DNA from: Octopus sinensis
Lineage: Eukaryota
Length of the DNA: 64,000 nucleotides
Direction: 5' to 3'
Assembly (NCBI RefSeq): GCF_006345805.1
Contig: NC_043007.1
Span: 15,624,001-15,688,000 of the forward strand
Of this stretch, positions 1 through 12,552 are shown piece after piece. The notes under the pieces were generated by a model. That model was not told where the DNA came from. It searched no databases and saw nothing but the letters and a program-made list of their open reading frames with translations. Position 1 is the first letter of the stretch; each line of letters begins with the position of its first letter. Both the position numbers and the translations under genes were made by a program.

Positions 1-290
1 TGTATGTATGTATGTATGTATGTTGTATGTATGTAGATGTATGTATGTATGTATGTATGCATGTATGTATGTATGTATGATATATGTATGTATGATGTAG
101 TATGTATGTATGCATGTATGTATGTATGTATGTATGTATGTATGCAGTAGTATGTATGTATGTATGTATGTTATGTATGTATGTATGTATGTGTGTATGC
201 ATGTATGTATGTATGTATGGTGTATGCATGTAGTATGTATGTATGTATGTATGTATGTATGCATGTATGTATGTATGCATGTATGTATGT
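1..290. repeat. (TATG)n microsatellite
   Basis: Imperfect TATG tetranucleotide run; source of the MYVC/HTYI pseudo-ORFs. Similar runs at 2630-2890, 3035-3180, 6875-7036, 14140-14225, 20665-20975, 41385-41525, 44310-44675. Confidence 0.97.
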
Positions 291-507
291 ATAAACATAC
301 GTATAGTTCTGTCCGCTAGAAATATCCACATTTATATGGAGCGCTTCTAGATAAAAGGAAAACAAAAAGCGATAGAAAATTAACACCGATTCAAATAGCC
401 TTTGAATGAAATATTTATTTCGGCAACATTTATATAAACCACAAATAAATCTATATTAGAGAGAAGGGAGAGAAAAGAGAGAGAGGGAGAAGTAGGTAGG
501 TAGGTAA

Positions 508-573
<66 letters not shown>

Positions 574-831
574 GTGTGTGCGTCTGTGTTTGTCCTCCAT
601 CTCTGCTTTTTAAAAAAGGTGGTTGTTTGATTACCTCAAAAATAACTTAATGATCCGGCAAAAGAGAGAGTGGAATGAGTACCAGGCTTTAAAATGAACA
701 TGACTACCCAGACGAATTCATTCGACTAAAAATCTTCAAGGAGGTGCCCCAGCATGGCCGCATTTTAATGACTGGAACCTCAGTATAAAAAGAGAAACCT
801 CAGTATAATCGGGTCATAACACAGTAATCCT

Positions 832-1660
832 TTCTTTACTGACCACAAGGGCCGAACATTTGTGGGAAGGAGACTAGTCAATTACATCGACCCTAGTGTT
901 TCACTGGTACTTAATTTATCGACCCCAAAAAGATGAAAGCAAAGTCGGCCTCGGCGGAATTTGAACTCAGAATGTAGCGAAGGGCGAAATACGGCTAAGT
1001 AGTCCGGCTAGCGTGATAACGATTCTTATTTCTTTATTGCCCACAAGGGGATAAACATAGAGGGGGCAAACAAGGACAGAGAAAGGGATTAAGTCGATTA
1101 CATCGACCCCAGTGCATAACTGGTACTTAATTTATCGACCCCGAAAGGATGAAAGGCAAAGTCGACCTCGGCGGAATTTGAAATCAGAACGTAACAGCAA
1201 ACGAAATGCCTATTTTTTTACTACCCACAAGGGGTTAAACGCAGAGAGGTTAAACAAGGACAGACAAAGGGATTAAGTCGATTATATCGACCCCAGTGCG
1301 TAGGCAGAATCGTTAGCACGCCGGGCGAAATGCGTAGCCGTATTTCGTCTGTCGTTACGTTGTGAGTTCAAATCCCGCCGAGGTGGACTTTGCCTTTCAT
1401 CCTTTCGGGTTCGATAAATTAAGTACCAGTTACGCACTGGGGTCGATGTAATCGACTTAATACCTATGTCTGTCCTTGTTTGTCCCCTCTGTGTTTAGCC
1501 CCTTGTGGGTAATAAAGAAATAGGTACATATTTAATCAACCCCGAAAGGATGAAAGGCAAAGTCGACCTCGGCGGAATTTGAACTCAGAACGTAGCGGCC
1601 GACGAAATACTGCTAAGCATTTCGCCCGGCGTGCTAACGTTTCTGCCAGCTCGCCGCCTT
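832..1660. mobile_element. Cluster of family-B SINE units in mixed orientation
   Basis: Repeats of GTTCTGAGTTCAAATTCCGCCGAGGTCGACTTTGCCTTTCATCCTTTCGGGGTCGATAAATTAAGTACCAG; minus 832-1300, plus 1303-1525, minus 1526-1660. Confidence 0.85.
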
Positions 1661-1791
1661 ACAAGAAACACAGGAATGAAGACAAAATCAGTGTCACAGT
1701 AATAGAAACCTGTTGCCCAATAAATGTCACATAACACAAAATATTACAATCTAGTTAGGAACCTGATGATGTTTTAGCTTTAGCTTTATAA

Positions 1792-2158
1792 CTAGCAGTA
1801 TCGTCCGGCGTTGCTCGGGTTGTTTCGACCCTTTAGAATTGGAATTTTTGAAAAGTAAAAATTTCGGATTATGTAGCTTGTTATTCTCTTTAACTGAACA
1901 TTTTTCTGGTTGAAATACACCGAAAAATAGCGACACAGCAGTCAAAACATCGTAAAAAATAGGGATTTTCATAGAAAAAAAAGCACTTTTTTAATGTAAA
2001 TAATTTTTGGTGTTAACATGGTCCGATTTGAATTTTTTCTTCTCAGAAAGAAGAGCAAGCCTTCTTCTATCATACTCTCAGTTTCGGAGGAGATAGTGTT
2101 AGTTGAAGGCTACCAAACCTGCCACACACAGAAAACTTCAGCTTTATATATATAAAGA
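1792..2158 (-). mobile_element. Non-autonomous Helitron-like element
   Basis: On the minus strand it starts TCTTTATATATATAAA and ends with hairpin CCCGAGCAACGCCGGA followed by CGATACTGCTAG. No TSD; inserted between A and T. Confidence 0.8.
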
Positions 2159-3870
2159 TTGGCCCTAATAAATATTGGTTTCAAGCTCTGGCACAAGGCC
2201 AGCAAGCTTTTGTGAAGGGTAAGACGATTACATCGATCCCAGTAATCAACTGGTACTTGTTTAATCGACGTCGAAGTATGCTGAAGGGCTTAGTCGACCT
2301 CGGAGTTATTTGAAATCAGAACGTAAAGACGGACGCTAATCCTTGTGCCAGAGCAGTAAGGATTATTAGCAATAATAATTAAATGTTATATATGTGTACT
2401 TGATTCAGCACCGAACTCGAGGAACCGAGCTTAAAGAAAAGCATAAGCCTAATTAAATTACATTTATAATTGGAAAAAAATATGGAAAACATTTTAGCAC
2501 TGATGTATGTAATGAGTGCATATACTCGAGTTGGCATGTAAAAAGATTTCAAAAATATTCATATGGACATTTGCACAAGTAAAAAAAAAAACATATGCAT
2601 CTGCATACAGAATACATTTATATTTGTGTGCATGCATACATACATACGTACGTACATACATACATACGTACGTACGTACGTACGTACGTACATACATACA
2701 TACGTAAGTGTGTAAGTACGTACATAGTACACACACATACGTATATGCAAACATGTATACATGCACGCATATATACTCATACACATATATACTCATACAT
2801 GCATACATACATAAATACATGCATACATACATACATACATACATACATACATACATACATACATACATACATACATACATACATACACACTTACATACGT
2901 TTGCTGTTGTCAAGATTCCAATTTAAAAGACTTGTCAGAAAATGGATTTTTGTCTATTGGTGAGAAATACTAGAAATAAAGCCAGAACACACATGAACAC
3001 CTTCATATATACGCACACACACGTACACACACACATGCATGCATACATACATACATACATACATACATACATACATACATACATACATACATACATACAT
3101 ACATACATACATACGTACATTCATGCATAAATACATACGTACATACATACATGCATGCATACATACATAGATACATACCTCTATCGATATGACGTTAGTG
3201 GAAATCTAAGTAATTGATGATGGTAGATGAATTCTAGGTAATTGATGACGCTAGATGCGATCTAGGTAAAATAAGATCTTGATAAAGACGGAAATTAATC
3301 ACAAAGTTAAGAAATTTCTACGTCACATCACTACAGACCGGCTCTACCTAATACCAGAACACGAAAGAGGAGAGCTTTTGAATATGCATCCGTAAATATC
3401 TCTTAGTCTGGAGGGAAAGGTACTTCCCATGACCCTGTATAGTAGTGGTCAAAAGTATAGAATATTTTTTAAAAAATTAAATTGTTATTCCCAAGGACAA
3501 TTCGATTCAAATATATACACCGTAGAGATATGCTTACCTAATAACTGATTCAATGGTTCAATATCTAGAAGAAAAAATATATCAGGCCTATGTATCAAAC
3601 TTTTGGCCAAGTAATAATATATTGCATATCAAATATATCTTTGGGCATATAATATAAAAATAGTAGAATGTCCTCATCTATAAACTGTAAGTTTGGCAGA
3701 TTATATATAAGTATCTGGAATACAATTAACAAAGTGTACACAGTCATAATAGCCAGTTGCCCAACCGCTGTTAACATAACGTCAAAGTGAAAAAGAAACC
3801 AGCTCTACGGAACTAATAATAAATCTGTGGACACTGAACTCCGACTATAACTTTAGATGTGTATTAGTGG

Positions 3871-4254
3871 TGGAAGCACTCCGTCGGTTACGACGACGAG
3901 GGTTCCGGTTGATCCGAATCAACGGAACAGCCTGCTCGTGAAATTAACGTGTAAGTGGCTGAGCACTCCACAGACACGTGTACCCTTAACGTAGTTCTTG
4001 GGGATATTCAGCGTGACACAGAGAGTGACAAGGCCGGCCCTTTGAAATACAGGTACAACAGAAACAGGAAGTAAGAGTGAGAGAAAGTTGTGGTGAAAGA
4101 GTACAGCAGGGATCACCACCATCCCCTGCCGGAGCCTCGTGGAGCTTTAGGTGTTTTCGCTCAATAAACACTCACAACGCCCGGTCTGGGAATCGAAACC
4201 GCGATCCTATGACCGCGAGTCCGCTGCCCTAACTACTGGGCCATTGCACCTCCA
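3871..4254 (-). mobile_element. Family-A tRNA-derived SINE, full length (tail type 1)
   Basis: tRNA-like head with A box (TGGCCCAGTAG) and B box (GGTTTCGATTCC); 12-bp TSD ATGTGTATTAGT at 3857-3868 and 4258-4269; several near-identical copies in the window. Confidence 0.92.
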
Positions 4255-5054
4255 CATATGTGTATTAGTAATTGTTACAGCAATGATATACGTCATTAAC
4301 TGATTGAGCACCAATGTAGGGAAGCTAGACTTGGAGAAGCATTACGTAGAACTTGGAAATTTCAGTTTCGAGGCGTTAATAGAACTGTGAAAATATGAAA
4401 ACCAGAGTTTAGTTATGTACTGTAATCCCTCGACTATCGTGGGTGTTGCGTTCTAAAACGCCCTGCGATAGGTGAAAATTTGCGAAGTAGAAACAGTACT
4501 GTACTGTATATTTTTTTATTACTTTCATAATTTTATATATATTTATCTCTTATTATAAAAGGCAGATTTTATCTGCCTCCCTTTGGGAGTTATACAAATC
4601 TACAATATAGGATTTCTTCAATTACAATTTACCTACCATTTTTGAGAGTACAATGCATCGCGTCATGCCAGGTCCAGTTTTTAAAATTTAAACTCCAATT
4701 AAGCAAAATTTACAGAAAACTCACATTCTGGTGTGTGTGTCAAATGCTTTTTTTAGTCTGGTTTACACCACACGCAAACGCACACACACAGTGGGCAACG
4801 AATAAAATGAAAGTAATTGACTTACTCTAGTGAGTGATTCTTTCACTCTGCCTCCCACTTCCTCTTTCAACACATAGACACGCAAATATATAAATAAAAT
4901 TGTAAGCTAACGTGCGTGTGTGTGAGTGGGTGTGTGTGGGTGTGCGCGTGTGTGTGTGTGAGGGTGCGTGTGTGTGTGTGTGTGTGCGTGTGCGTGAGTG
5001 TGTGACAGGAAAGTTTTTTACAACGAATATAACACCTATATCCAAGTAGCAGAA

Positions 5055-5425
5055 AGATAAGACAGTAAGGTGTGATTTGAGGGAGATTTGGCTGCTATTT
5101 CTACCATGTCTAGCTGCCATGTAGGGGTCTCCCTCATAGGCTCATACATACATATATACATAGATAAGACAGTAAGGTGTGATTTGGGGGAAATTTGGCT
5201 GCTATTTCTACAGGTCTAGCTGCCTTGTAGGGGTCTCCCTCATAGGCTCATACATACATATATATAATAATACAGTAGGTGTGATTTGGGGGGAACTTGG
5301 CTGCTATTTCTACCAGGTCTAGCTACCATGTAGAGGTCCCCCTCATTGGCTCATATATATATACATACATAAGACAGTAAGGTGTATTTGAGGAGATTTG
5401 GCTGCTGTTTTCTAACCAGGTCTGT
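5055..5425. repeat. ~107-bp tandem repeat, about 3.5 units
   Basis: ATAAGACAGTAAGGTGTGATTTG.GGGAGATTTGGCTGCTATTTCTAC...CCCTCATAGGCTCATACATAC recurs at ~5055, 5163, 5271, 5369. Confidence 0.9.
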
Positions 5426-5789
5426 TAGGCCTTCTCATGTAAACTCAAGCTTTCTCATGCCTTGAACATAAGACCAAAGCAGAGAATGTATTCTTTTATT
5501 CTTCTGCTTTTTCCAGCCATTGGTCTGTGGCCATGCTGGGGCAATGCCTTGAAGAATTGTAGTTTAATGAATCAACTCCAGTTTTATTTTTGTAAGCATT
5601 GTACTTATTCTATCTGTTTCCTTTGTCAAACCACTAGGTGACAGGGATGTAAACAAACCAACATTCGTTGTCAAGCAGTGGTGGAGGACAATCACAAGCA
5701 CAGACACGCACACACACACACACATACATGCATACACATATACACACATACATACATACATACATATATATATATGTGTGTATATATAT

Positions 5790-6102
5790 ATTGCAGCCTG
5801 GAAGGTGTTTCTAAGCCATTTAAGAAACACAAAAACCGTTACATTCAACATTTAAATTTAATTTGCCAAAATATTTTCGTCGCTTGAGACGCGCGACCTG
5901 TTCACTGACAAAAATATCGTGCTAACAGGTCGCGGTCTCAAAGCGACGAAAATATTTTGACAAATTAAATTAAATGTTGAAGTGAATCTAACGGTTTTTG
6001 TGTGTTTCTAAATGGCTTATAAACACCTTCAACGCTGCAACTGTTTTCGTTCCAGCACACGATCTCAGATCAAGTCACTGCTATGCAAGTACATCTCTGT
6101 AC
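5790..6102. mobile_element. HHR-bearing inverted-repeat element (Penelope-like pLTR remnant) between (TA)n tracts
   Basis: Arms ~5790-5902 and ~5925-6040 are reverse complements; unique tail 6041-6102. Confidence 0.7.
5862..5912 (-). ncRNA. Minimal type-I hammerhead ribozyme, G3:C8 core variant
   Basis: Minus strand reads TTTGTCA-GTGAACA-G-GTCGC(9 nt loop)GCGAC-GAAA-ATATT-T-TGGCAAA: 7-bp stem I, 5-bp stem II, palindromic stem III. Confidence 0.7.
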
Positions 6103-6199
6103 TATATATATATTTAATATATATATATATGTATATTGGTAAAAACAGTAAGATAACAAAAGAAAGAAAGAGACCTCAATATTATGTAAATAGAGGAAA

Positions 6200-6591
6200 T
6201 CTTTATATATAAAAGTGAGGTTTGTGTCTGTCTCCTACGATTAGATTCCTAACTACTCCCACATTTTGCGGTTGCAGTTTAACCAAAACCGGGTATCTTA
6301 TAGTCGTGATTCATATCGAGACCGTCTGGGTATTAGCGCGCGTCTACGATGAGTCTACGATTTAAAAAAAATTTACCATCAATTTTTCCATTTTTAATCC
6401 ATTTTTGACATATATAAGGGAAGTAACTCTCTAAAATTTATTATTAAATCTCAGAACGTAAAAAGCTACAGTTACACCCCTCCCCCTTTGTGGTTAGCCA
6501 TATTGAGATGGCTATTATATTTTACATCTCTAAAAATGCTTATATAATTATTTCCCTTACAAACTCGAGCAACGCCGGGCGATACTGCTAG
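6200..6591 (+). mobile_element. Non-autonomous Helitron-like element
   Basis: 5' TCTTTATATATAAAAG; 3' CTCGAGCAACGCCGGG hairpin followed by CGATACTGCTAG then T. Same family as 35177-35577 and 55576-55970. Confidence 0.85.
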
Positions 6592-6717
6592 TTTTATTAT
6601 AAATGCAAAACAACATAGCGGAGGGATTGACGTAAGCTTAAATAATAAACCGCGATAGGTGAACCGTGATAGGTGAACCGCGATATGGCGAAGGATTGCT
6701 GTCAACATATGTGGATG

Positions 6718-6876
6718 GGAAGCACTCCGTCGGTTACGACGACGAGGGTTCCGGTTGATCCGAATCAACGGAAGAGTCTGCTTGTGAAATTGACGTGTAA
6801 GTGGCTGAGAACTCCACAGACACGTGTACCCTTAACGTAGTTCTCGGGGATATTCAGCGTGACACAGAGAGTGACA
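6718..6876 (-). mobile_element. Family-A SINE 3' fragment
   Basis: Tail type 1 only, cut off by (CATA)n. Confidence 0.85.
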
Positions 6877-7430
6877 TACATACATACATGCATACATACA
6901 TACACAGACACACACATACATACATACATACATACATACATACATACATACATACATACATACATACATACATACATACATACATACAACATACATACAT
7001 ACATACATACATACATACATACATACATGCATACATACAAACAAACGAAAATATCCTACTGTTGATGTTGAAATTCCAATGAAGAAGCCTTGGATCTAGT
7101 TTAGAAACCGGTTCTTTCTCTATTGGCAAGAAATTTTGAAATAAACTGAATAATGACATGCATACAACATACTAATAAAGATGACATCAACTTTATCATT
7201 GCCAACAGTGAGTGAGTTTCTTGTAGATATTATCTTTGCATGAGGTATAATGCAGGGGCAAGAATTACCTCGTACAGGATAAGAAAAATGAAAACACTCG
7301 AAGACAAAGTTGTTTGTTTTGAAATTGGTCAAAAGAATATAGGCAAAAGTTAAAAATTAAAGCAGCCACCAAGTTCAAACACAATAGGAAATATATCATT
7401 GTGTGGAACACATGAAAAACTGGACACCAG

Positions 7431-7731
7431 TGGAGGCACATTGCCTAGTGGTTAGAGCAGCGCACTCGCAGTCAAGGGATCGCGGGTTCGAATCTCAGAC
7501 CGGGCGATGTGTGTGTTTATGAGCGAAACACTTAAGCTCCACGCAGCTCCGGCAGAAGGTAATGGCTAACTTCTGCTGACTCTTTCGCCATAACTTTCTC
7601 TCACTCTTTCCTCCTGCATCTTGCAGCTCATCTGCGACGGAACGGCGTCCCGTTCAGGTGGGGAACCTATACGCCTAGGAAACCGCGAAGCCGGCCTTTA
7701 TGAGTCAGGCATGGCTCGAGAAGGAACAAAC
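7431..7731 (+). mobile_element. Family-A-related SINE with alternative tail (type 3)
   Basis: tRNA-like head GGAGGCACATTGCCTAGTGGTTAGAGCA...GGGTTCGAATC; A-type body; divergent tail GACGGAACGGCGTCCCGTTCAGG...GGCTCGAGAAGG. Confidence 0.75.
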
Positions 7732-8326
7732 CAATGTGGTCAGAAGATTACAGGAAAAACAAAATGTTCATGGGCCATTGATAGAGAGTTTGCGAATCCA
7801 GTAGCCAAGATACACTTTCACTTTCATAAATATTTTATTACTTCAAGAAAAAGATATGCACAAATCCACTTGGAGCAAACTAGAGCTGAACTTGTTTTCT
7901 TGGTGGAGAAAATGTTGCTCCCAAATTCATACGCTACAAGCGATCACGATAAATAGGATAAAAAAGATGTAGACGGCTCTCTTCAGATTTAAAGAACGAT
8001 AAACAAATTAAAATATTTTTCTTCACAACTTTGCTACCAAGCATGTGGCTGTTCAATGTTAATACTAAATTAAAAAGAGAAAAATAAAACAGGCATTGAG
8101 ACATATCTGCCAAAATGATGTTATCCAAACTAAAATGGCAATAAGCCCATTGTCTCTTTGAGAAATCTGAAAAATAAGCCTGAGTAGCTAGGTACCTACG
8201 TACTTATATATCTCCATATATATACATTTATCCAACGAGGTGTTTAGCGATTTTCTACTATTTTTTTTGAGGCACAGCTAATACAGAGATTTTTTTTTAC
8301 ATGGCTCGAGATAGAAACATATATTA

Positions 8327-8494
8327 GGCGTAGCAGTGGCTGTGTGGTAAGTAGCTTGCTTACGAACCACAGTTCAGTCCCACTGCGTGGCATCTTGGGC
8401 AAGTGCCTTCTACTATAGCCTCCGGGTTGTCAAAGCTTTATGAGTGGATTTGGTAGACGGAAACTGAAAGAAGCCCATCGTATATATGTATATG

Positions 8495-8549
<55 letters not shown>

Positions 8550-8856
8550 TATATATATGCGTGTGTGTATGTGTGTGTTTGTCCCCCCACCATCGCTTGA
8601 CAACCGATGCTGGTGTGTTTACATCCACATAACTTAGCGGTTCGGCAAAAAGAGACCGATAGAATAAGTACTAGGCTTACAAAGAACAAGTCCTGGAGTC
8701 GATTACATCGACCACAGTGCGTAACTGGTACTTATTTAATCGACTCCGAAAGTATGAATGGCAAAGTCGACCTCGACGGAATTTGAACTCAGAACGTAAG
8801 GGCAGACGAAATACCACTAAGTATTTCGCCCGGCGTGCAAACGTTTCTGCCAGCTC
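8327..8856. mobile_element. Family-C SINE (+) fused to family-B SINE (-)
   Basis: Family-C head, CORE-like CTTGGGCAAGT and internal (TA)n run to ~8700, where the sequence switches at GTCGAT to antisense family B. Confidence 0.8.
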
Positions 8857-9203
8857 GAAGCCTAACTGATTGCAAGTGCTGTCACTAGAGTAGGCTGTCA
8901 CCATTTGAAATTAGAAACAAATCTCTCCACACTACTTGGCGTATATCGTTCTATATCAGGTAATACTTCATCTCATATACCATACACTAGTATATAGTTT
9001 ATCTTACATTATGATATACGTACATATATCTATTGACCTATCTATCAAATGAATGTAAAGATTGATAACAAGGGTGCATACACACAGATTCATAATTGTA
9101 TAACCGCACGCATATATTTCGTACTTACCTCTAGGATTTATTAGAATATATAGTGTCTGTGTGTCTTCTGCATGTCTATCTATCTGTCTGTTGTCTATTT
9201 GTG

Positions 9204-9245
<42 letters not shown>

Positions 9246-9726
9246 AGCACGTACATATACATATATATAATATATATATATATATATATAAAGAGCGAGA
9301 GAGAGAGAGAGAGAGGAGGGAAAGAAAGAAAAAGAGAGAGAGAAGGAAGAGGCAGACACTATATATGTACAAAGATTCATGGCACATATAGAGATATATG
9401 CGCGTTGTTATGCACCTATGAATCTGTGTGTGTAGGTATGTCGTACTCGATTGCTATATTCATCTCTGAGTATCGATTGAATAATAACTTCTATCACAAG
9501 TTTCATGCTGAAACATCAGTTTGAATGGAACAAATATCCATACAAAAGCAGAAAAATACTGACATGTAATCATGCATAACATACAGACACACAGAGAAAG
9601 AGTCACAGACACACACACAAACACACACACACATGTGGGTTTCTCAACTGAGTATCTACTCGTACGTGCTACTTTTTAGAGCTTTATGTACTACAAGAGT
9701 AACTGTCCCTATATATATATATATAA

Positions 9727-9860
9727 CATGTGATCTCTTGAGCACCACCAGCAAAAATATTTTTTTCCTCTGTCTTCCCTTCTCCTTTGTTTCCGACAAA
9801 GAGCTCCGCTCGAAATGTTAAACCCTCCTTCCCTTCTTTCCTGAGCGTCAAATAATACTT
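9727..9860 (+). mobile_element. Family-D short element with decayed HHR (9790-9823)
   Basis: TTT-CCGACAA-A-GAGC-TCC-GCTC-GAAA-TGTT-AAAC; homologous to 41790-41995 and 47180-47462; TA-rich flanks. Confidence 0.6.
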
Positions 9861-10201
9861 TAATTATATATGTAAAATATAATATAATATAATATTATAT
9901 AATATTATATTATATTATATATATATGTGTGTATGTGTAATATGTTTGATGTTACACATGAGATCACAAAATTTAAGATGCTTCATGGAAATACAATAAT
10001 TAAAATTTAGAAGCCATCAATTTAACCGCAATCCTTCTAAATTAATGATTCAAAACTATATTAAATTACATGATTCGAATTTCATTTATATTGCGTCCGA
10101 ATAAACTACAAAATTAATCGCTTTTCATTAAAGTATATGTTAATTTAAATATGCTAACGGTAATGCATATCTTAAACATAAGATCTGCTAGGTATCTCTT
10201 A

Positions 10202-10578
10202 GAAGCACTCCGTCGGTTACGGCGACGAGGGTTCCGGTTGATCCGAATCAACGGAACAGCCTGCTCGTGAAATTAACGTGTAAATGGCTGAGCACTCCAC
10301 AGACACGTGTACCCTTAACGTAGTTCTCGGGGATATTCAGCGTGACACAGAGAGTGACAAGGCCGGCCTTTTGAAATACAGGTACAACAGAAACAGGGAG
10401 TAAGAGAAAGTTGTGGTGAAAGAGTACAGCAGGGATCACCACCATCCCCTGCCGGAGCCTCGTGGGGCTTTTAGGTGTTTTCGCTCAATAAACACTCACA
10501 ACGCCCGGTCTGGGAATCGAAACCGCGATCCTATGACCACGAGTCCGCTGCCCTAACCACTGGGCCATTGCGCCTCCA
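10202..10578 (-). mobile_element. Family-A SINE, full length
   Basis: Near-identical to 3871-4254; TSD ATCTGC(T/C)AGGTAT on both sides. Confidence 0.92.
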
Positions 10579-10806
10579 CATCTGCCAGGTATACGGTATG
10601 ATCATTAAACCAAGATGTTACGAAAAAAGCTTACGATCGTAAAATGTACCTGAGATTTCCATTCGTCATAGAGATAAAGGACTCCACTTCGTATTAGTTT
10701 ACAACGAAGTAGACTAAATTGTTGGTAGTTAAGTGCATTGATTATATATTTAGGTATTCTGTCGTTACTATGATGAATGACAACTCACTATATATATATA
10801 TATATT

Positions 10807-11045
10807 TGGCCTATTAGTCAGGGTGTTACACTCACGATTCCCACATCGTGGTTTTAACTCCTAGACCGGTTGGTGCGTGTTCTTGGGCAAAACTCTTCAT
10901 CTCACATTGTTCTCAGATCACTTTGACACCTGTGACACATGGTACACCGTGCATCTGGACAGGCAACTTCGAGTTGATGGAAGGAGTGAGGTAACGTACA
11001 GCTCATACATTTGACCACTATCAACAAATCATTTGTGCGGGTCGT
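10807..11045 (+). mobile_element. Old tRNA-headed SINE with CORE-like motif
   Basis: Degenerate A/B boxes followed by GTGTTCTTGGGCAAAAC; resembles the heads at 48138 and 61023. Confidence 0.5.
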
Positions 11046-11136
11046 ATGTGTATATGCATGCATATATTTATGAATATGTATATATGTATGTATATGTATA
11101 TATATATAGGTATATATATATAGGTATATGTATATA

Positions 11137-11177
<41 letters not shown>

Positions 11178-11443
11178 TTATTTATTTTATAGAAGGAGCT
11201 TCTACGGACTAGAATTGTTTCATTCAAATGAAATCATCAGGAAGCTTGGCGTCAGAATAGTTTTGGCATTTATACATTTAGGCAGATTTGATGGGGTGGG
11301 GTGGGGGACTTTTTTGGGGTAGGCAGGGCACAAACTGTCTTTTCTTCCTTTCTTAGGGGAGTGGTCAAAAGAATCAGTGATAAAATAGATAAATGAATAA
11401 ATAGAAAATAGAATAGAGTTTTAGGTAAATAGGAAGACTATTG

Positions 11444-11486
<43 letters not shown>

Positions 11487-11536
11487 TATATATTATATAT
11501 ATATCTTTATTTTAAGCAGCAAAAATTCAACAAAAT

Positions 11537-11574
11537 CTGTTACTCTGAGTTTCTCGTTGCCGTTCATCAGACAG
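11537..11574 (-). ncRNA. Minimal type-I hammerhead ribozyme (inverted copy)
   Basis: Exact reverse complement of 12105-12142. Confidence 0.75.
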
Positions 11575-12104
11575 TTTTTGCTAGAATGGAACCGATATAT
11601 CAATTCAATCTAGACTCTTACAAACGCTACACCTTTAAAAAGAATGGACTTGTTTGATTGGCCCTTTAGAAAAAAACGGTCAATCTTCGAGCGATAAACA
11701 AAAAGGTCAAAAAATATATGTATATATATATAAAAAATCTTATAAAAAAATTATAAAATCCGAGGAAAAATTCCCTTTTTGTATGTTGATATATTATGCA
11801 CATTTTAATAAAAATATGTATTGCTGTAATATTTATAACATTTAATTTCTATGAATTAATTTATACTTTCTTCATTAACGTCAATATGTATTTTTATTCA
11901 TGTAAGGTTTTTCCTCGGATTTTATAATTTTTTATAAGATTTTTTTATATATATATACATATATTTTTTGACCTTTTTGTTTATCGCTCGAAGATTGACC
12001 GTTTTTTTTCTAAAGGGCCAATCAACAAGTCCATTTCTTTTTAAAGGTGTAGCGTTTGTAAGAGTCTAGATTGAATTGATATATCGGTTCCATTCTAGCA
12101 AAAA

Positions 12105-12142
12105 CTGTCTGATGAACGGCAACGAGAAACTCAGAGTAACAG
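12105..12142 (+). ncRNA. Minimal type-I hammerhead ribozyme
   Basis: CTGT-CTGATGA-ACG-GCAA-CGA-GAAA-CTC-A-GAG-TA-ACAG: canonical core, GNRA-capped short stem II, near-palindromic stem III, GUA cleavage triplet. Confidence 0.8.
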
Positions 12143-12246
12143 ATTTTGTTGAATTTTCTGCTGCTTAAAATAAAGCATTTACTCTACCACTGGTATTTGA
12201 GTACTCTTTTTTCCACCTTGTTTCACATTTATGTGTTTACTACTCC

Positions 12247-12294
<48 letters not shown>

Positions 12295-12552
12295 TACATA
12301 TACATACACATATCATACAATATACATATGTATACACATATACACACACACACATACACATACTCATACACACACACTTATATACATACGCACATACATA
12401 TACACATACATATATATACAGATACACATACACATACATGCCAACATGCACATATATATCTACACATATATATATATATAAGTATATGTATTGAGTACCT
12501 TATTTACTGTGGTTAACCCCGACTCAACCCGGGACCAATATATATATATATA

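Larger units (their letters stand above)
4420..6701. mobile_element. pogo/Tigger-like MITE split by a ~2 kb nested insertion
   Basis: Left end CTGTAATCCCTCGACTATCGTGG (4420) and right end CCGCGATATGGCGAAGGATTGCTG (6701) are imperfect inverted repeats; both halves carry GCGATAGGTGAA. Confidence 0.6.
11505..12249. mobile_element. HHR-bearing long inverted-repeat element between (TA)n tracts
   Basis: Arms 11505-11770 and 11908-12175 are near-perfect reverse complements (~266 bp); unique tail 12176-12249. Confidence 0.85.

Noticed and set aside
3919-4122. Recurrent MVVIPAVLFHHNF ORF as a multigene family
   Set aside because: It is a chance reading frame in the family-A SINE, repeated with each copy.
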